NCBI GenBank assembly: GCA_038087875.1 | Contig: JAXLNO010002760.1 | Location: 558,001-617,784 of the forward strand | Direction: 5' to 3' | Source of the DNA: Malacoraja senta | Taxonomy: Eukaryota | Length of the DNA stretch: 59,784 bases | In this document: in pieces, positions 1 to 12,439 of the stretch | Layout of the letters: every line of letters begins with the position of its first letter | Position numbering within the stretch: position 1 is the first letter of the stretch | Position numbers and translations under genes: made by a program | Notes under the pieces: generated by a model | Seen by the model: only the letters and a program-made list of their open reading frames with translations | Databases searched by the model: none | Told to the model about the DNA's origin: nothing

Positions 1-4
1 CCTA

Positions 5-618
5 ATTGTCAAGTGTCAACAGTGTTTAATTGTCATTTACACCAGGATCAGAACAATAACATTTTTACTTGTTGCAGCTTTACAGGCATAATAAATGCAA
101 CAATGCAACAAATAAATCTATAAGCCAAAGTATGTTGTGCAACCTCAGTGCAAAGCCCATTTCAATGCTGAAATAGGGTTGGGGTTAGGACTATGCAATG
201 TGGTTCAAAAGGCTGATGGTTGATGAGAAGATGTTGTTCTTGAACCTGGAAACAAAGGTCCTCAAGCTTGCAATGGTAGAAACGAGATAAGAGTGTAGCT
301 CGGGTAATGTGGGTCTTCTATGATATTAGCTGCTTTCTAGAAGCAGTGCTGTCGGTAGATCCCTTTGATGGTGGGGAGATCAGCACCCATGATGGACCGG
401 GCAAGATCCACCACTTTCCACAGCCTCCTTCATTCAGTTTAGTTTATTGTCACGTGTACTGAGGTATAGTGAAAAGCTTTGGTTATTCATGAGCATTCAA
501 ATTAACAAACCTGGCCGTGATGCAACCAAGTAGTACGTTCTCCACTGTAAACCCATAGAAGTTCAAAAGTGTATTCACCAACATGCTGAATCCGCTCAAA
601 CTTCTGAGGAAGTAGAGG
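5..618 (-). mobile_element. Rex1/Babar non-LTR retrotransposon 3' fragment (degenerate)
   Basis: Minus-strand pieces LYFLRSLSGFSMLVNTLLNFYGFTVENVLLGCITA and RRLWKVVDLARSIMGADLPTIKGIY..KAANIIEDP match the Rex1 ORF C-terminus. Confidence 0.75.
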
Positions 619-624
619 AATTAG

Positions 625-812
625 AAAGTTTCTTTGTAATTGGCAAAGATAAGAGTGGAGGTGGAAAGGATGTTTTCGCTGGTGGGAGAGTCTCGAACCA
701 GAGGTCATTGCCTTAGAATTAAAGTGCGCTCTTTTAGAAAGGAGGTGAGGAGGAACTTCTTTAATCAGTGTGGAACTCATTGCCACAGAGGGCTATGGAG
801 GCCAAGCCAGTG
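625..812 (+). mobile_element. CR1 LINE 3' ORF2 fragment
   Basis: ESRTRGHCLRIKVRSFRKEVRRNFF is the typical CR1 ORF2 C-terminal motif. Confidence 0.8.
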
Positions 813-922
813 GGTTATCTTTGGGTGCTCCCGTTTCCTCCCACATTACAAAGATGTACAGATATGTAAGTTAATTGGCTTCTGGAAGCTGTACCTAGAG
901 TATAGGATTGACAAGTCAAAGA

Positions 923-1367
923 GTTAGAGTAATACAGTGTGGAAACAGGCCCTTCGGCCCAACTTGCCCGCACTGGCCAACAAGTCCCAGCTACATCAGT
1001 CCTACCTGCCAGCATTTGGACCATATCCCTCCAAACCTGTCCTATCCATATACCTGTCTAACTGTTTCTTAAATGTTGGGATAGTCCCTGCCTCAACTAT
1101 CTCCTCTGGCAGCTTGTTCCATACATTCACCACCCTTTGTTTGAAAAAGTTACCCCTCAGGTTCCTTTTAAATCTTTTCCCCTTCACCTTAAACCTATGT
1201 CCTCTGGCCCTCGATTCACCTACTCTGGGCAAAAGACTCTGTGTCTCTACCCGATCTATTCCTCTCAAGATCTTAATCACCTCTATAAGATCACGCCTCA
1301 TCCTCCTGGGTTCCAAGGAATAGAGTCCCAGCCTACTCAACCTCTGCCTATAGCTCAGACCCTCTAG
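923..1367 (-). mobile_element. CR1 LINE 3' end, 5'-truncated
   Basis: ORF 1002-1340 (-): LGLYSLEPRRMRRDLIEVIKILRGIDRV...RARGHRFKVKGKRF...FFKQRVVNVWNKLP; 3' UTR contains the ggccgaagggcctgtttcc motif. Confidence 0.9.
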
Positions 1368-1380
1368 TTATAGTAATAGT

Positions 1381-3750
1381 CATAAAGTGATACAGTGTGG
1401 AAATAGGCCTTTAGGCCCAACTCGCCCACACCGGCCAACAATGTCCCAGCTACATTAGTCCCACTTGCCTGCGCTTGGTCCATATCACTCCAAGCCTGTC
1501 CTATCAATGTACCTGTCTAACTGTTTCTTAAACGATGGAATAGTCTAAGCCTCAACTACCTTCTCTGGCAGCTTGTTCTATACACCCACCACCCTTTGTG
1601 TGATAAAGTTACCCGTCGGATTCCTATTAAATCTTTTCCCCTTCACCTTGAACCTGTGCCCTCTAGTCCTCGATTCCCCTACTCTGGGCAAAAGACTCTG
1701 TGTATCTACCCGATCTGTTCCTCTCATGATTTTGTATACCTCTATAAGATCTCCCCTCATCCTCCTGCGCTCCATGCAGGTGGATGCAGTGACCAGCCTA
1801 CTCAACCTCTCCCTATAGCTGTGGCATGGTGGCACAGTGGTAGAGTTGCTGCCTTGCAGTGAATGCAGTGCTGGAGACCCGGGTTCGATCCCGACGACAG
1901 GTGCTGTCTGTACGGAGTTTGTACGTTCTCCCCGTGACCTTCGAGGGTTTTCTCCGAGATCTTCGGTTTCCTCCCACACTCCAAAGACGTACAGGTTTGT
2001 AGATTAATTGGCTTGGTAAATGTAAAAATAAAAATTGTCCCTAGTGTGTGTAGGATAGTGTTAGTGTGCAGAGATCGCTGGTTGGCGTGGACCCGGTGGG
2101 CCGAAGGGCCTGTTTCCGCCCTGTATCTCTAAACTAAAAAGTCCTGGTAACATCCTCATAAATCTTTTCTGAACCCTTTCAAGCTTGAAAATATCTTTCC
2201 TATAACATGGTGCCTAGAACTGAACACAATATTCTAAATGCGGTCTCACCAACGTCTTATACAACTGCAACATGACCTCCCAACTTCCATACTCAATACT
2301 CTGACTGATGAAGGCCAAAGTGCCAAAAGCCTTTTTGATCACTCTATCTACCTGCAACTCGATCTTCAAGGAACCATGCACCTGTACTCCTAGATCCCTC
2401 TGTTCTACAACACTACCCAGAGGCCTACCATTTACTTTGTTCGACGTCCCAAAATGCAATATCTCACACTACTTTGTATTAAATTCCATCAACCATTCCT
2501 CTGCCCACCTGGCCAATCGATCCAGATCCTGCTGCAATCGTTCACAACCTTCTTCACTATCTGCAAAACCACTAACTTTTGTATCATCATCAAATTTGCT
2601 AACCTTGCCCTGTATGTTCTCATCCAAATCATTGATGTAGATGACAAACAGTAACGGGCCGAGCACCGAACCCTGTGGTACATCACAAGTCACAGGCCTC
2701 CATTCTGAGAAGCAACCTTCCTTCCTTCCTTGGAGCCAATTTGCTATCCATTCAGCTATCTCTCCTTGGATCCCATGCGATCTAACCTTCCAGAGCAGTC
2801 TACCATGCAGAACCTTGTTGAATGCTTTACTGAAGTCCATGTACACAACATCTACAGCTCTGGCCTCATCAACCTTTTTGGTCACGTCTTCAAAGAAATC
2901 AATCAGATTTGTGAGACACGACCTCCCATGTACAAAACCATGCTGATTATTCCTTATCAGCCCTTGCCCATCCAAATGCCTGTAAATCCTATCCCTCAGA
3001 ATACTCTCCAGTAACTTGCCAATGACAGATGTTAAGCTCACCGGCCTGTAGTTCCCAGCATTTTCTCTGCAGCCCTTCTTGAAAAGAGGTACAACATTTG
3101 CCACCCTCCAGTCTTCTGGCACCTCTTCTGTATTTAAGGATGACTCGTAAATTTCAAAGAGGGCTCCCGCAATTTCCTTTCTAATTTCCCACAATGTCCT
3201 TGAATATATCAGATCAGGCCCTGGAGATTTGTCTACCTTCAAACACGACAGTACCTTCAGTATTTCTTCGACAGTAACCCTGACTGCTCCCAAGACACTT
3301 CCAGTTAACGCTCGAATTTCCTCCGACCTACTGTCTTTCTCCTCGTTAAACACAGAGGAGAAATACTCACTTAGGACCTTGCTCATCTCCTGTGGCTCCA
3401 CACAGAGGTGACCGCTTTGATTCCTGAGAGGTCCCACTCTCTCTCTAATTACCCTTTTCCCCCTTATGTATTTATAAAATCTTTTGGGGCGGTCCTTAAT
3501 GCTACCTGCCAGAGCTATCTCCTGGTTGCTTTTTGCCCTTCTGATTTCCTTTTTTAGTTTACTCCTTAGTTACCGAAACTCCTCTAAGGATCCATTTGAT
3601 CCCAGCTGCCCAATACCTGTCCCATGCATCCTTCTTGTTTTTGAGTAACGTCTCAATTTCCCTTGTCAGCCAACTTCCTTACGTTTGCCTGTTTTACCCT
3701 TCACTCTAACGGGGACGTTTCTTCAGTACACTTTTAAAAACATCCCATTT
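1381..3750 (-). mobile_element. CR1 LINE, 5'-truncated, with RT domain; interrupted by a SINE
   Basis: ORF 2469-3437 carries KSPGPD, NYRPVSLTS, QHGF, VVYMDFSKAF, VPQGSVLGP and degenerate FDDDTK. Continues as RPHLEYCVQF and the CR1 3' end at 1381-1820. Confidence 0.95.
1821..2140 (+). mobile_element. tRNA-derived V-SINE (HE1-like), near full length
   Basis: A box tggcacagtgg, B box ggttcgatccc, V-domain ggagtttgtacgttctccccgtgacc...ggtttcctcccac, CR1-type tail ggccgaagggcctgtttcc, then aaacta repeat. Confidence 0.9.
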
Positions 3751-4269
3751 GTATGGATGATTGTTGGTCAGCACGGACTTGGTGAGCTGCAGGACCTGTT
3801 TTCAAGCTGTACCTCTGAACTAAGCTAAATTAGAAGTATTGATTGATAAGCAGTTTGGGATATGCAGTTTAGAAATATTTTTAAATCAGGTATTCATTTA
3901 TTTGGGATGTGGGTGTGAATGGCAGGGTCAGCATTTATCACTCAATCCTAATTACTTTTAAGGAAGTGATGTTGAGGCACCATTTGGACCAAGGGTATCT
4001 TTTAGGTGAAAATACAACTCTTTTTAGTAAAGTCACTTGCTACAGGATACTCTGCCTCTGATCAGTTCCTGCAGCCATGATGGTTATGTTGCTGATGTGA
4101 GAGAGTTTCTTGTTGAGGGTGACCTCCAGGATGTTGATGGCAGAAGGTTCAACAAAAGTTTCCCAAGGGACATCAGCGCTCTGAGGAGGATGAGTGCGGG
4201 AGCTTTAAAAAGTAGACATCAATGTAAGGTCTTATTAGTTTCAGAATATAAGAAAGACGGACTTTAGCT

Positions 4270-5068
4270 GTGCAGCCATTTTGGAGCAGCCACTATGAGA
4301 GTGGCTGTGTTCTATATTTGGATAGTGAGAGTTGAGACTTTGGCTTGTGAGGCTTCAGTGAGGAGACTGAGCAGAGGGATTGTTAAGAATAGGTAAGTCA
4401 TTTAACTTTACTCTTCAGACTTAATGTTGTCAGGATAGCAGTTAGGGCTGTGAAATGTTCTTCCTGCAGGATGTGGGAGATCAGCGTGTTCCTATTAGGT
4501 TGAAGAGCAAGGCTGGCAAGTTTAGGGAACATTGAATGATAAGAAATATTGAGGTTCTGGCCAGGAAAAAGGAGGAGGCATGTATCAGGTTTAGGCAGTC
4601 AGGAACAAGCAACTCCCTCCACATGTGTAATTGTGGGAGCACACTTAAGATGCAATTCAATAGGGCAAAAAGAGGACATAAAATGGATTTAGCAATCAAG
4701 GCACAGGAAAATCACAGGAGATTGTTTGGGTGTAATAAGAGTAAAGGATGGCAATAGAGAGTTCTCTCCATAAAGATTAGCATGACCATATAAATCTGGA
4801 GACATGGGGGATGTGAAATTTTAAATAACTATTTCTCATCAGTTTTTACTGTGGAAATGATCATGGAAGTAAAATAATTGAGGCAAATGAGCTGTGATAT
4901 CTGGAACCATATGAAGATTACCAAAGATGAGGTACTGAAAGTCTTAAAGTGCACTAAGGTGGATAAATCACCAGAGACCAGCAAAGTGCATCCTTGGAAC
5001 TTATGGGAGGCAAGGTGATTATGGAGACCCTTGAAGATATATCTGTTTAATTCTTAGCCGCAGTTGAG
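4270..5068 (+). mobile_element. Old fragmented CR1 (5' UTR/ORF1 start and ORF2 pieces)
   Basis: tgttcttcctgcaggatgtgggag resembles the ORF1 CxxCRMWE start, followed by degenerate ORF2 (NYFSSVFT, KVDKSP). Confidence 0.65.
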
Positions 5069-5069
5069 G

Positions 5070-5906
5070 GGGAGAAGGAAAAATTGGAAGTGTCAGAATT
5101 ACAGTTGAACAAAGGGGACTATGGAGGCATGAGGGAGGATCTGGCCAAAGTTGACTGGAAAGAGACCCTAGCAGGGATGACGGGGGAACAACAATGGAAG
5201 GTATTTCTGGGAATAATACAGAAGGTGCAGGATCGGTTCATAGAAACATAGAAAGAGGAAGAAAGATTCCAAGAGGAGTAAGAGGCGACCGTGGCTGACA
5301 AGGGAAGTCAAGGACAGTATAAAAATAAAAGAGAAGAAGTATAACATAGCAAAGATGAGCGGGAAGCCAGAGGATTAGGACACTTTTAAAGCGCAACAGA
5401 AGATATCCAAACAGGCAATACGGGGAGAAAAGATGAGGTATGAAGGTAAGCAAGCCAAGAATATAAAGGAGGATAGTAAAAGCTTCTTTAGGTATGTAAA
5501 GAGGAAAGAAATAGTTAAGACAAATGTGGGTCCCTTGAAGACAGAAACAGATGAATTTATTATGGGGAACAAGGAAATGGCAGACGAGTTGAACAGGTAC
5601 TTTGGACCTGTCTTCACTAAGGAAGACACAAACAATCTCCCAGATATACTAGTGGCCAGAGGACCTAGGGTGACGGAGGAAGTGAAGGAAATTCACATTA
5701 GGCAGGAAATGGTGTTGGGTAGACTGATGGGACTGAAGGCTAATAAATCCCCTGGGCATTTGGTCTGCATCCCAGGGTACTTAAGGAAGTGGCTCTAGAA
5801 ATCGTGGACGCATCGGTGATCATTTTCCAATGTTCTATAGATTCAGGATCAGTTCCTGTGGATTGGAGGGTTGCTAATGATAACCCACTTTTTAAGAAAG
5901 GTGGGA
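5070..5906 (+). mobile_element. Internal CR1 ORF2 fragment, paralogous to about 7640-8480
   Basis: Collinear with the downstream element (WLTREVKDSIK, FFRYVKRK, LKANKSPG). Confidence 0.9.
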
Positions 5907-6159
5907 AAACTGGTTGAAACCAGCGTAGAACACATACCTTCAAGGTCGGAAACGGGAGCAGCTGTTGAAGGAGTGTAGAGATTGACTGAGGAATTTAATT
6001 CGCAAATTGGTAAATTGGCGAATCAGGTAATTAATCAGCCAATATAAGCAAGGTGTGCTCTAGGGGAGCGGCCTTGTTAGAAAAGTGTGAGTCTTTGGCG
6101 AGGAGGCTGAGGAGAGGAGACTACGCCAAAAGTTGGAGAGGAAGAGATGCAGTGAAGAT

Positions 6160-6814
6160 ATGACGGGTAAGCTGATTCAGTGTGAGGCTTGCAGGATGTG
6201 GGAGGTCAGGTACAGTGATGATGCCTCTGGCTGATACAACTGTGGAAAGTGTGTCCAGGTTCAGCTGCTGAAGGACCGTGTTGGGGAACTGGAGAAGCAG
6301 CTGGATAACCTCAGGGCCATCCTGGAAAATGAGAGATTCGTGAACAGGACCTACAGTGAGGTTGTCACACCAAGGATACAGGAAGAGCGAAGGAGGGTGA
6401 CTGGGAAAAAGGGGAGTAACCGTGGAGTGCAGGAGTCCCCAGTGGCTGTGCCAAATGAAAACAGGTACACCCTTTTGGGAGCTGTCGGGGCAGACGACAC
6501 ATCCAGTCCGAGCGGCAGACAAGTCAGTGGCTCCAATCCTAGCGATGAGACGACTGGCGAGACCGATGTTGGGCAGAGCTATAGTGGTGGGTGAATCCAT
6601 TGTCCGGGGTGCGGACTGGAGATTCTGTGGCGGCAGGCGAGACTCGACAATGGTCTGTTGCCTGCCTGGTGCCAGGTTTCAAGATATCACGAACCGACTT
6701 CAGAACATTCTCGAGAGGGAAGATGAACAGCCGGAAGTAGTTGTGCACGTGGGCACAAACGATGTCGGGAAGAAAAGGAAAGAGGTTACACCTACACGTG
6801 TTGGTTTAAACTAA
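6160..6814 (+). pseudogene. CR1 ORF1 remnant: zinc-finger/leucine-zipper plus SGNH esterase
   Basis: MTGKLIQCEACRMWEV...*YNCGKCVQVQLLKDRVGELEKQL, then a frameshift to RAIVVGESIVRG...CCLPGAR...VVVHVGTNDVG (esterase blocks). Confidence 0.85.
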
Positions 6815-6989
6815 ATAGTGGGGGGGAGGGGTTGACAAATTGGGAGTATAAAGATGAAGCTAAAGGGGAAGTGAGTACAGGAAAAGTTACAAAAGACTCC
6901 TGAATTAATGGGAAGGAAAGTTTGAGAAGATATAAGAGAGTAAGGGCAGGGCCAATAGTGACTGGTGTGAGAGAGGAGGTGAATACCGA

Positions 6990-9788
6990 AGTTAAGGTGT
7001 TGTATATGAATGCGCAAAGTATAAGAAATAAAGTGGAGGAGCTTGAGGCTCAGTTAGAAATTTGGCAAGTATGATGTTGTGAGAATTAGAGACATGGCTG
7101 AAAGAGGACCAGGGCTGGGAACTGAATATTCAAGGGTATACGTCCTATCAAAAAGACAGACAGGTGGACAGAGGGGGTGGGGTAGCTCTGTTGTTGAGGA
7201 ATGAAATTCAGTCCCTTGCGAGGGGTGACATAGAATCAGGAGATGTAGAGTCAGTATGATTGAACTGAGGAAATGTAAGGGTAAAAATACCATAATGGAA
7301 GATATCTACAGTCCCCCAAACAGTAGCCTGGCTATAGAGTGCAAGTTGAATCAAGAGTTAAAATTGTCATGTCGTAAAGGTAATGTTATGGTTGTTTTGG
7401 GAAATTTCAACATGCAGGTAGACTGGGAAAATTAGGTTGGTACTGGACCCCAAGAAAGGGAATTTGTGGAGTGCCTCCATGAGGGATTCTTAGAGCAGCT
7501 TGTACTGGAGCCTACCAGGGAGAAGACAATTCTGGATTTAGTGTTGTGTAATTAACTGGATTTGATAAGGAACTCGAGGTAAAGGAGCCATTAGGAGGTA
7601 GTGACCATAATATGATGTTTTATTCGACAATTTGAGAGGTAGAAGGGAAAATCGGAAGTGTGAGCATTACAATTGAACAAAGGGAACTTTGGAGCCATGA
7701 GGGAGGAGCTGGCCAAAGTTGACTGGAAAGATACCGTAGCAGGGATGACAGTGGAACAACAATGGCAGGTATTTCTGGGAATAATACAGAAGGTGCCAGA
7801 TCAGTTCATTCCAAAGTGGAAGAAATATTCCAAGGGGAGTAAGGGGCGACTGTGGCTGACAAGGGAAGTCAAGGACAGTATAAAAATAAAAGAGAATAAG
7901 TATAATATAGCAAAGATGAGCGGGAAGCCAGAGGATTGGGAAACTTTTAAAGAGCAACAGAAGATAACTAAAAAGGCAATACGGGGAGAAAAGATGAGGT
8001 ACGAAGGTAAGCTATCCAAGAAAATTAAAGGACGATAGTAAAAGCTTCTTTAGGGATGAAAAGAGGAAAAAATTAGTTAAGACCAAAGTTGGACCATCGA
8101 AGACTGAAACAGGTGAATTTATTATGGGGGAACAACGAAATGGCAGTCGAGTTGGACAGGTACTTTGGATCCGTCTTCACTAAGGAAGCCACAAACAATT
8201 TCCCTGATGTACTAGCGGCCAGAGGATTTAGGGTGACGGAGGAACTGAAGGAAATTTACATTAGGCAGGAAATTGTGTTTGGAAGACTGATGGGACTGAA
8301 GGCTGATAAATCCCCGGGACCTGATGGGCTGCATCCTCGGGTACTTAAGGAAGTGGCTCTAGAAATCGTGGATGCATTGGTGATCATTTTCCAATGTTCT
8401 ATAGATTCAGGATTAGTTCCTGTGGATTGGACGGTAGCTGATGTTATCCTACTTTTTAAGAAAGGCGGGAGAAAGAAAACGGGGAATTATAGACCAGTTA
8501 GACTGACATCGGTGGTGGGGAAGATGCTGGAGTCAATAATAAAAGACGAAATAGCGGCACATTTGGATAGCAGTAACAGGATCAGTCCGAGTCAGCATGG
8601 ATTTACGAAGGGGAAATCATGCTTAACTACTCTTCTGGAATTTTTGAGGATGTAACTTGGAAAATGGACACGGGAGAGCCAGTGGATGTAGTGTACCTGG
8701 ACTTTCAGAAAGCATTTGATAGGGTCCCACATGGAGATTAGTGGGCAAAATTGGAGCACATGGTATTGGGGGAAGGGTACTGACATGGATAGAAAATTGG
8801 TTGGCAGACAGGAAACAAAGAGTAGGGATAAACGGGTCCCTTTCAGAATGGCAGGCAGTGATTAGTGGGATACCGCAATGTTTGGTGCTGGGACCACAGC
8901 TATTTACAATATATATTAATGATTTAGATGATGGGATTAAAAGTAACATTTGCAAATTTGCAGATGACACAAAGCTGGGTGGCAGTGTGAACTGTGAGGA
9001 GGATGCTATGAGAATGCAGGGTGACTTGGACAGGTTCGGTGAGTGGGCAGATGCAGTTCAATGTGGATAAATGTGAGGTTATCGACTTTGGTGGCAAAAA
9101 CAGGAAGGCAGATTATTATCTGAATTGTGTCAAGTTGGGAAAAGGGGAAGTACAACGAGATCTGGGGGTCCTTGTTCATCAGTCACTGAAATTAAGCATG
9201 CAGGTACAGCAGGCAGTGAAGAAAGCGAATGGCATGTCGGCCTTCATAACAAGAGGAGTTGAGTATAGGAGCAAAGACGTCCTTCTGCAGTTGTACAGGG
9301 CCCTAGTGAGACCACACATGGAGTATTGAGTGCAGTTTTGGTCTCCAAATTTGAGGAAGGACATTCTTGCTATTGAGGAAGTGCAGCGTAGGTTCAAGAG
9401 GTTAATTCCTGGGATTACAGTACTGTCCTATGTTGATAGAATGGAGCGGCTGGGCTTGAATACTCTGGAATTTAGAAGGATGAGAGGAGATCTTATTGAA
9501 ACATATAAGATTATTAAGGGTTTGGACACGCTAGAGGCAGGAAACATGTTCTCGATGTTGAGGGAGTCCAGAACCAGGGGCCACAGTTTAAGAATAAGGG
9601 GTAAGCCATTTAGAACGGAGATGAGGAAAAACTTTTTTACACAGAGGTTTGTGAACCTGTGGAATTCTCTGCCTCTGAGGGCGCTGAAGGCCAATTTTCT
9701 GGATGCTTTCAAGAGAGAGTTAGATAGAGCTCTCAAAGATAGCGAGTCAGGGGATATGGTGAGAAGACAGGAACGGGGTACTGATTGA
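6990..9788 (+). pseudogene. CR1 ORF2 remnant (APE endonuclease and reverse transcriptase)
   Basis: VLYMNAQSIRNK (APE start), DKSPGPDGLHP, NYRPVRLTSVVGK, QHGF, FADDTKLGG, LYRALVRPHMEY, RTRGHSLRI; several frameshifts. Confidence 0.92.
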
Positions 9789-10082
9789 GGATCATCAGCC
9801 ATGATCATATTGAATGACGGTGCTGACTCGAGGGGCCGAATGGCCTACTCCTGCATCTATTGTCTATTGTCTTTTGTATAGCGATGCTGGCTCGAAGGGC
9901 TGAATGGCCTACTCCTGCACCTATTGTCTATTGTCTATTGTCTATTGTCTATTGTCTATTGTCTATTGTCTATTGTCTATGATGTTCTGAAATATGGAGG
10001 GAGGCTAATGTACATATACTTAAAAAAGGGCAACAAGGCAAATACCGGGAACTACAAGCCAGTGACCCTGATACCAGTGGTG

Positions 10083-10757
10083 CTTGTTACGACTTTTTCC
10101 ATGTTGCCTCCCTCGCGGCCTAACAGCTTGGATTGGAGCGGCCTTTCCCGGAGTCGGGCCCAGAGCTTCAGCGGCGGGTGCAGCGTGGACTTTTCCATCG
10201 CGGAGCAGGGCAAACCCTTGCCGGGGGCCGCCAGAGAGGAGTGCTCTGATCGCTGGCCTGGTGACTTTGGCATCATGGGGCTGTGGTCTGCGGAGCTTTT
10301 AGCCGCGGGTGTGGCGTGGACTTGCCATCCGGAGTCTGGGCTCCCTTGCCGGGGATCACCGGAGAAGAGCTCCGACCGCCGGCCTGCGGCCTATAGCAAC
10401 CTGAAGCCGTGGTCTCCGGTAGGAAAGTGTCGATTCGGGCACTCCAAGCCGCGGAGTGTGTTCGACCGTCCGGATGTCGGAGTTTGGATCGTCCTGACGG
10501 GAGGGCCTGTACATCCGGCCGTCCGTGGTGGTGACTACGGTGGGTTCGTGGCCCCGACCACGGGTGAGCAAGGGAGGAGGACTGACTGAGCTTTGTTGCC
10601 TTCCACCACAGTGAAGAATGCTGTGGTGAATGTTTGTATTGGATTCTGTTGTGTATTGTGTGTTCTTTTTAAGTGTATCGCTGCTGGCAAATTCATTTCA
10701 CCGCAGCTTCGGGTGCATGTGACGAATAAAATTGACACTGACTTTGTCTTTGAACTT
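10083..10757 (+). mobile_element. Unclassified GC/CpG-rich non-autonomous retroelement with Rex1-like 3' tail
   Basis: CpG-rich body with an internal duplication (about 130-bp period). Ends atttcaccgcagcttcgggtgcatgtgacgaataaa plus a short repeat, like Rex-type tails elsewhere in the window. Confidence 0.55.
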
Positions 10758-10761
10758 ACAG

Positions 10762-10831
10762 ATATGTAAACATCATATTCTGTAAACACCATAATAAACA
10801 ATGGTGTTTACAGAATATTATGTTTACATAT
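10762..10831. repeat. 31-bp inverted repeat with 8-nt loop
   Basis: atatgtaaacatcatattctgtaaacaccat-aataaaca-atggtgtttacagaatattatgtttacatat, one mismatch. Confidence 0.9.
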
Positions 10832-10914
10832 GTGTTGTGCTGCTGCAAATAAGAATTTCATTTTTCCATTTTGGGATATGTAACAATAAAACATGATCGA
10901 ATCTCGTGACTCAT

Positions 10915-11460
10915 GCACAAAATCATTAGAGCATAGATAGAGTGAATGCATAGTCTTTTTTATCATGGGAGGGGAGTCAAATAACAAGAGGGCATGGGTT
11001 TAAGGTGAATGGGGGAAAGATTTTAAAAGGGTCTTGAAGAAAAACTACTTCATACAGAGTGGTGGGAATATGGAACTAGGAGTCAGAGGAAATAGTGAGG
11101 CAGGTACAATAATAACATTTAAAACACGTTTGGACAGGTACATGGATAGGAATGGTTTAGAGGGATGCGGGTCATAAATGGAGAAATGGAACAGGTTTAT
11201 ATGGGGCATCTTGGTCGGTATGGACAAATTGCTCCACATCACCCCTCGTAGCGCATTCCCCACACCCACCACACTCTGTGTAAAAAAAGTTGCCAGGCAC
11301 ATGTCCTTTAAACTTTGCCCCTCTCAACTTAAAGGTATTCCATTGAATCTCTGACTGTTCCACCTTGGGGGCAAAGTTTCTGACTGTCCACCCTATCTAT
11401 GACTCTCATAATTATATAAACTTCTATCATGTCTCTCCTCAGCCTCGATTGCTTCAGACA
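10915..11460. mobile_element. Two CR1 3' fragments in opposite orientation (+ about 10915-11230, - about 11235-11460)
   Basis: RGHGFKV-type ORF end with 3' UTR on +; FFTQSVVGVGNAL on -. Confidence 0.75.
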
Positions 11461-12099
11461 ACACCGGCTGCAAAGAGTTGCACTTGTTCGTATTGATCAG
11501 ATTACCCAAGTTTAGGGTGAAATGATTGTTCCATTGAGTCTGGTATGGTTGTCTAAACTGGGTTCAAGTAATATATGACTCTGTGGTATACAGCTATGGA
11601 TGACTCTGTAACGAAGGAAGAGCCTCTCTGTAAGTAGTTTCAAATGTTGTATGTGTTTTTGTATAATATCATACAAAAGTATATAGAATCACAGATAACA
11701 AGCACTTTAGAAATTGAAACAAGTCTATAACAAAAAAGGTCAATGAGGTCCCATCTCTTCCACAACCCTCGTACAATCGATCAATAAAACCTTCTTCAAA
11801 CCCACATAGAGGTCTGCAAAATGTTATTTACATCCTACTCACCCCCAATGGTAAAACAAACAGAATGTAAACATGCCAAAGGAAGTTCACATCCTGCATT
11901 GTTATTCTACTCTCCCTGCTTTCCAGAAACTCGGGAACTTTTTTGTTCGTCTTGGCATCCCAAGCACTTCACAGCACAAGTCCGAGGTAGTCACTGATTT
12001 ATTTCAGCAGAGGCATAAGCCATGAGTCCACTTGGGAAGCAGACCCACATAATATCCTGTGGGCAAATGTAACTCTTTCTTTAGATTGCCCAGGTTTTT

Positions 12100-12330
12100 A
12101 TGCTCACGTCTTCTATTACTTTGGATGAGATGTGAAATGAGAGTCTGGTCTCTCGGGTGGATGTGTAAGGTTGTACCAAGGCAGTATTTTGAAGAAAAAC
12201 TCGGGATTTCTTCCCGGTACCTTAGTTGATATTTATCACTGAATCAATGTTGCAATGCTATTTGTGGGAGCTTGCCTCATTTCCTACATTGATTGATTGG
12301 TTGTATGGTGATCTGGGCTGCCCAGAGTGT
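12100..12330 (+). mobile_element. Deu-domain SINE remnant (SacSINE1/AmnSINE-like)
   Basis: ttttggatgagatgtgaa...gggtggatgt...tattttgaagaa...atatttatcactgaatc...tttgtgggagcttgc resembles the Deu core. Related remnants at about 21965-22350 and 35705-36080. Confidence 0.6.
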
Positions 12331-12439
12331 GTATGTGCATATCTGTTTATTTACCCAATATCACCGTCTGTTGGATATTAACATTCCCCATCCCTGTCAA
12401 TGCTACACAAGCTAAGACGATAACAGCAACTTATATTTT

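Larger units (their letters stand above)
5907..9980 (+). mobile_element. Near-full-length CR1 LINE (5' UTR, ORF1, ORF2, tail), inactivated by stops and frameshifts
   Basis: ORF1 and ORF2 domains in order; 3' UTR ggccgaatggcctactcctgc; (attgtct)n tails at about 9857-9875 and 9923-9980. Confidence 0.95.

Noticed and set aside
1821-1900. tRNA gene
   Set aside because: The A and B boxes belong to a SINE head that continues into a V-domain; no complete cloverleaf is evident.
2469-3437. Active reverse transcriptase, or a retron/DGR-like system
   Set aside because: An ordinary CR1 RT with a mutated catalytic motif region, deletions and 5' truncation.
9924-10589. 221-aa ORF
   Set aside because: It chains a CR1 microsatellite tail, a CR1 scrap and a GC-rich repeat; no coherent domain.
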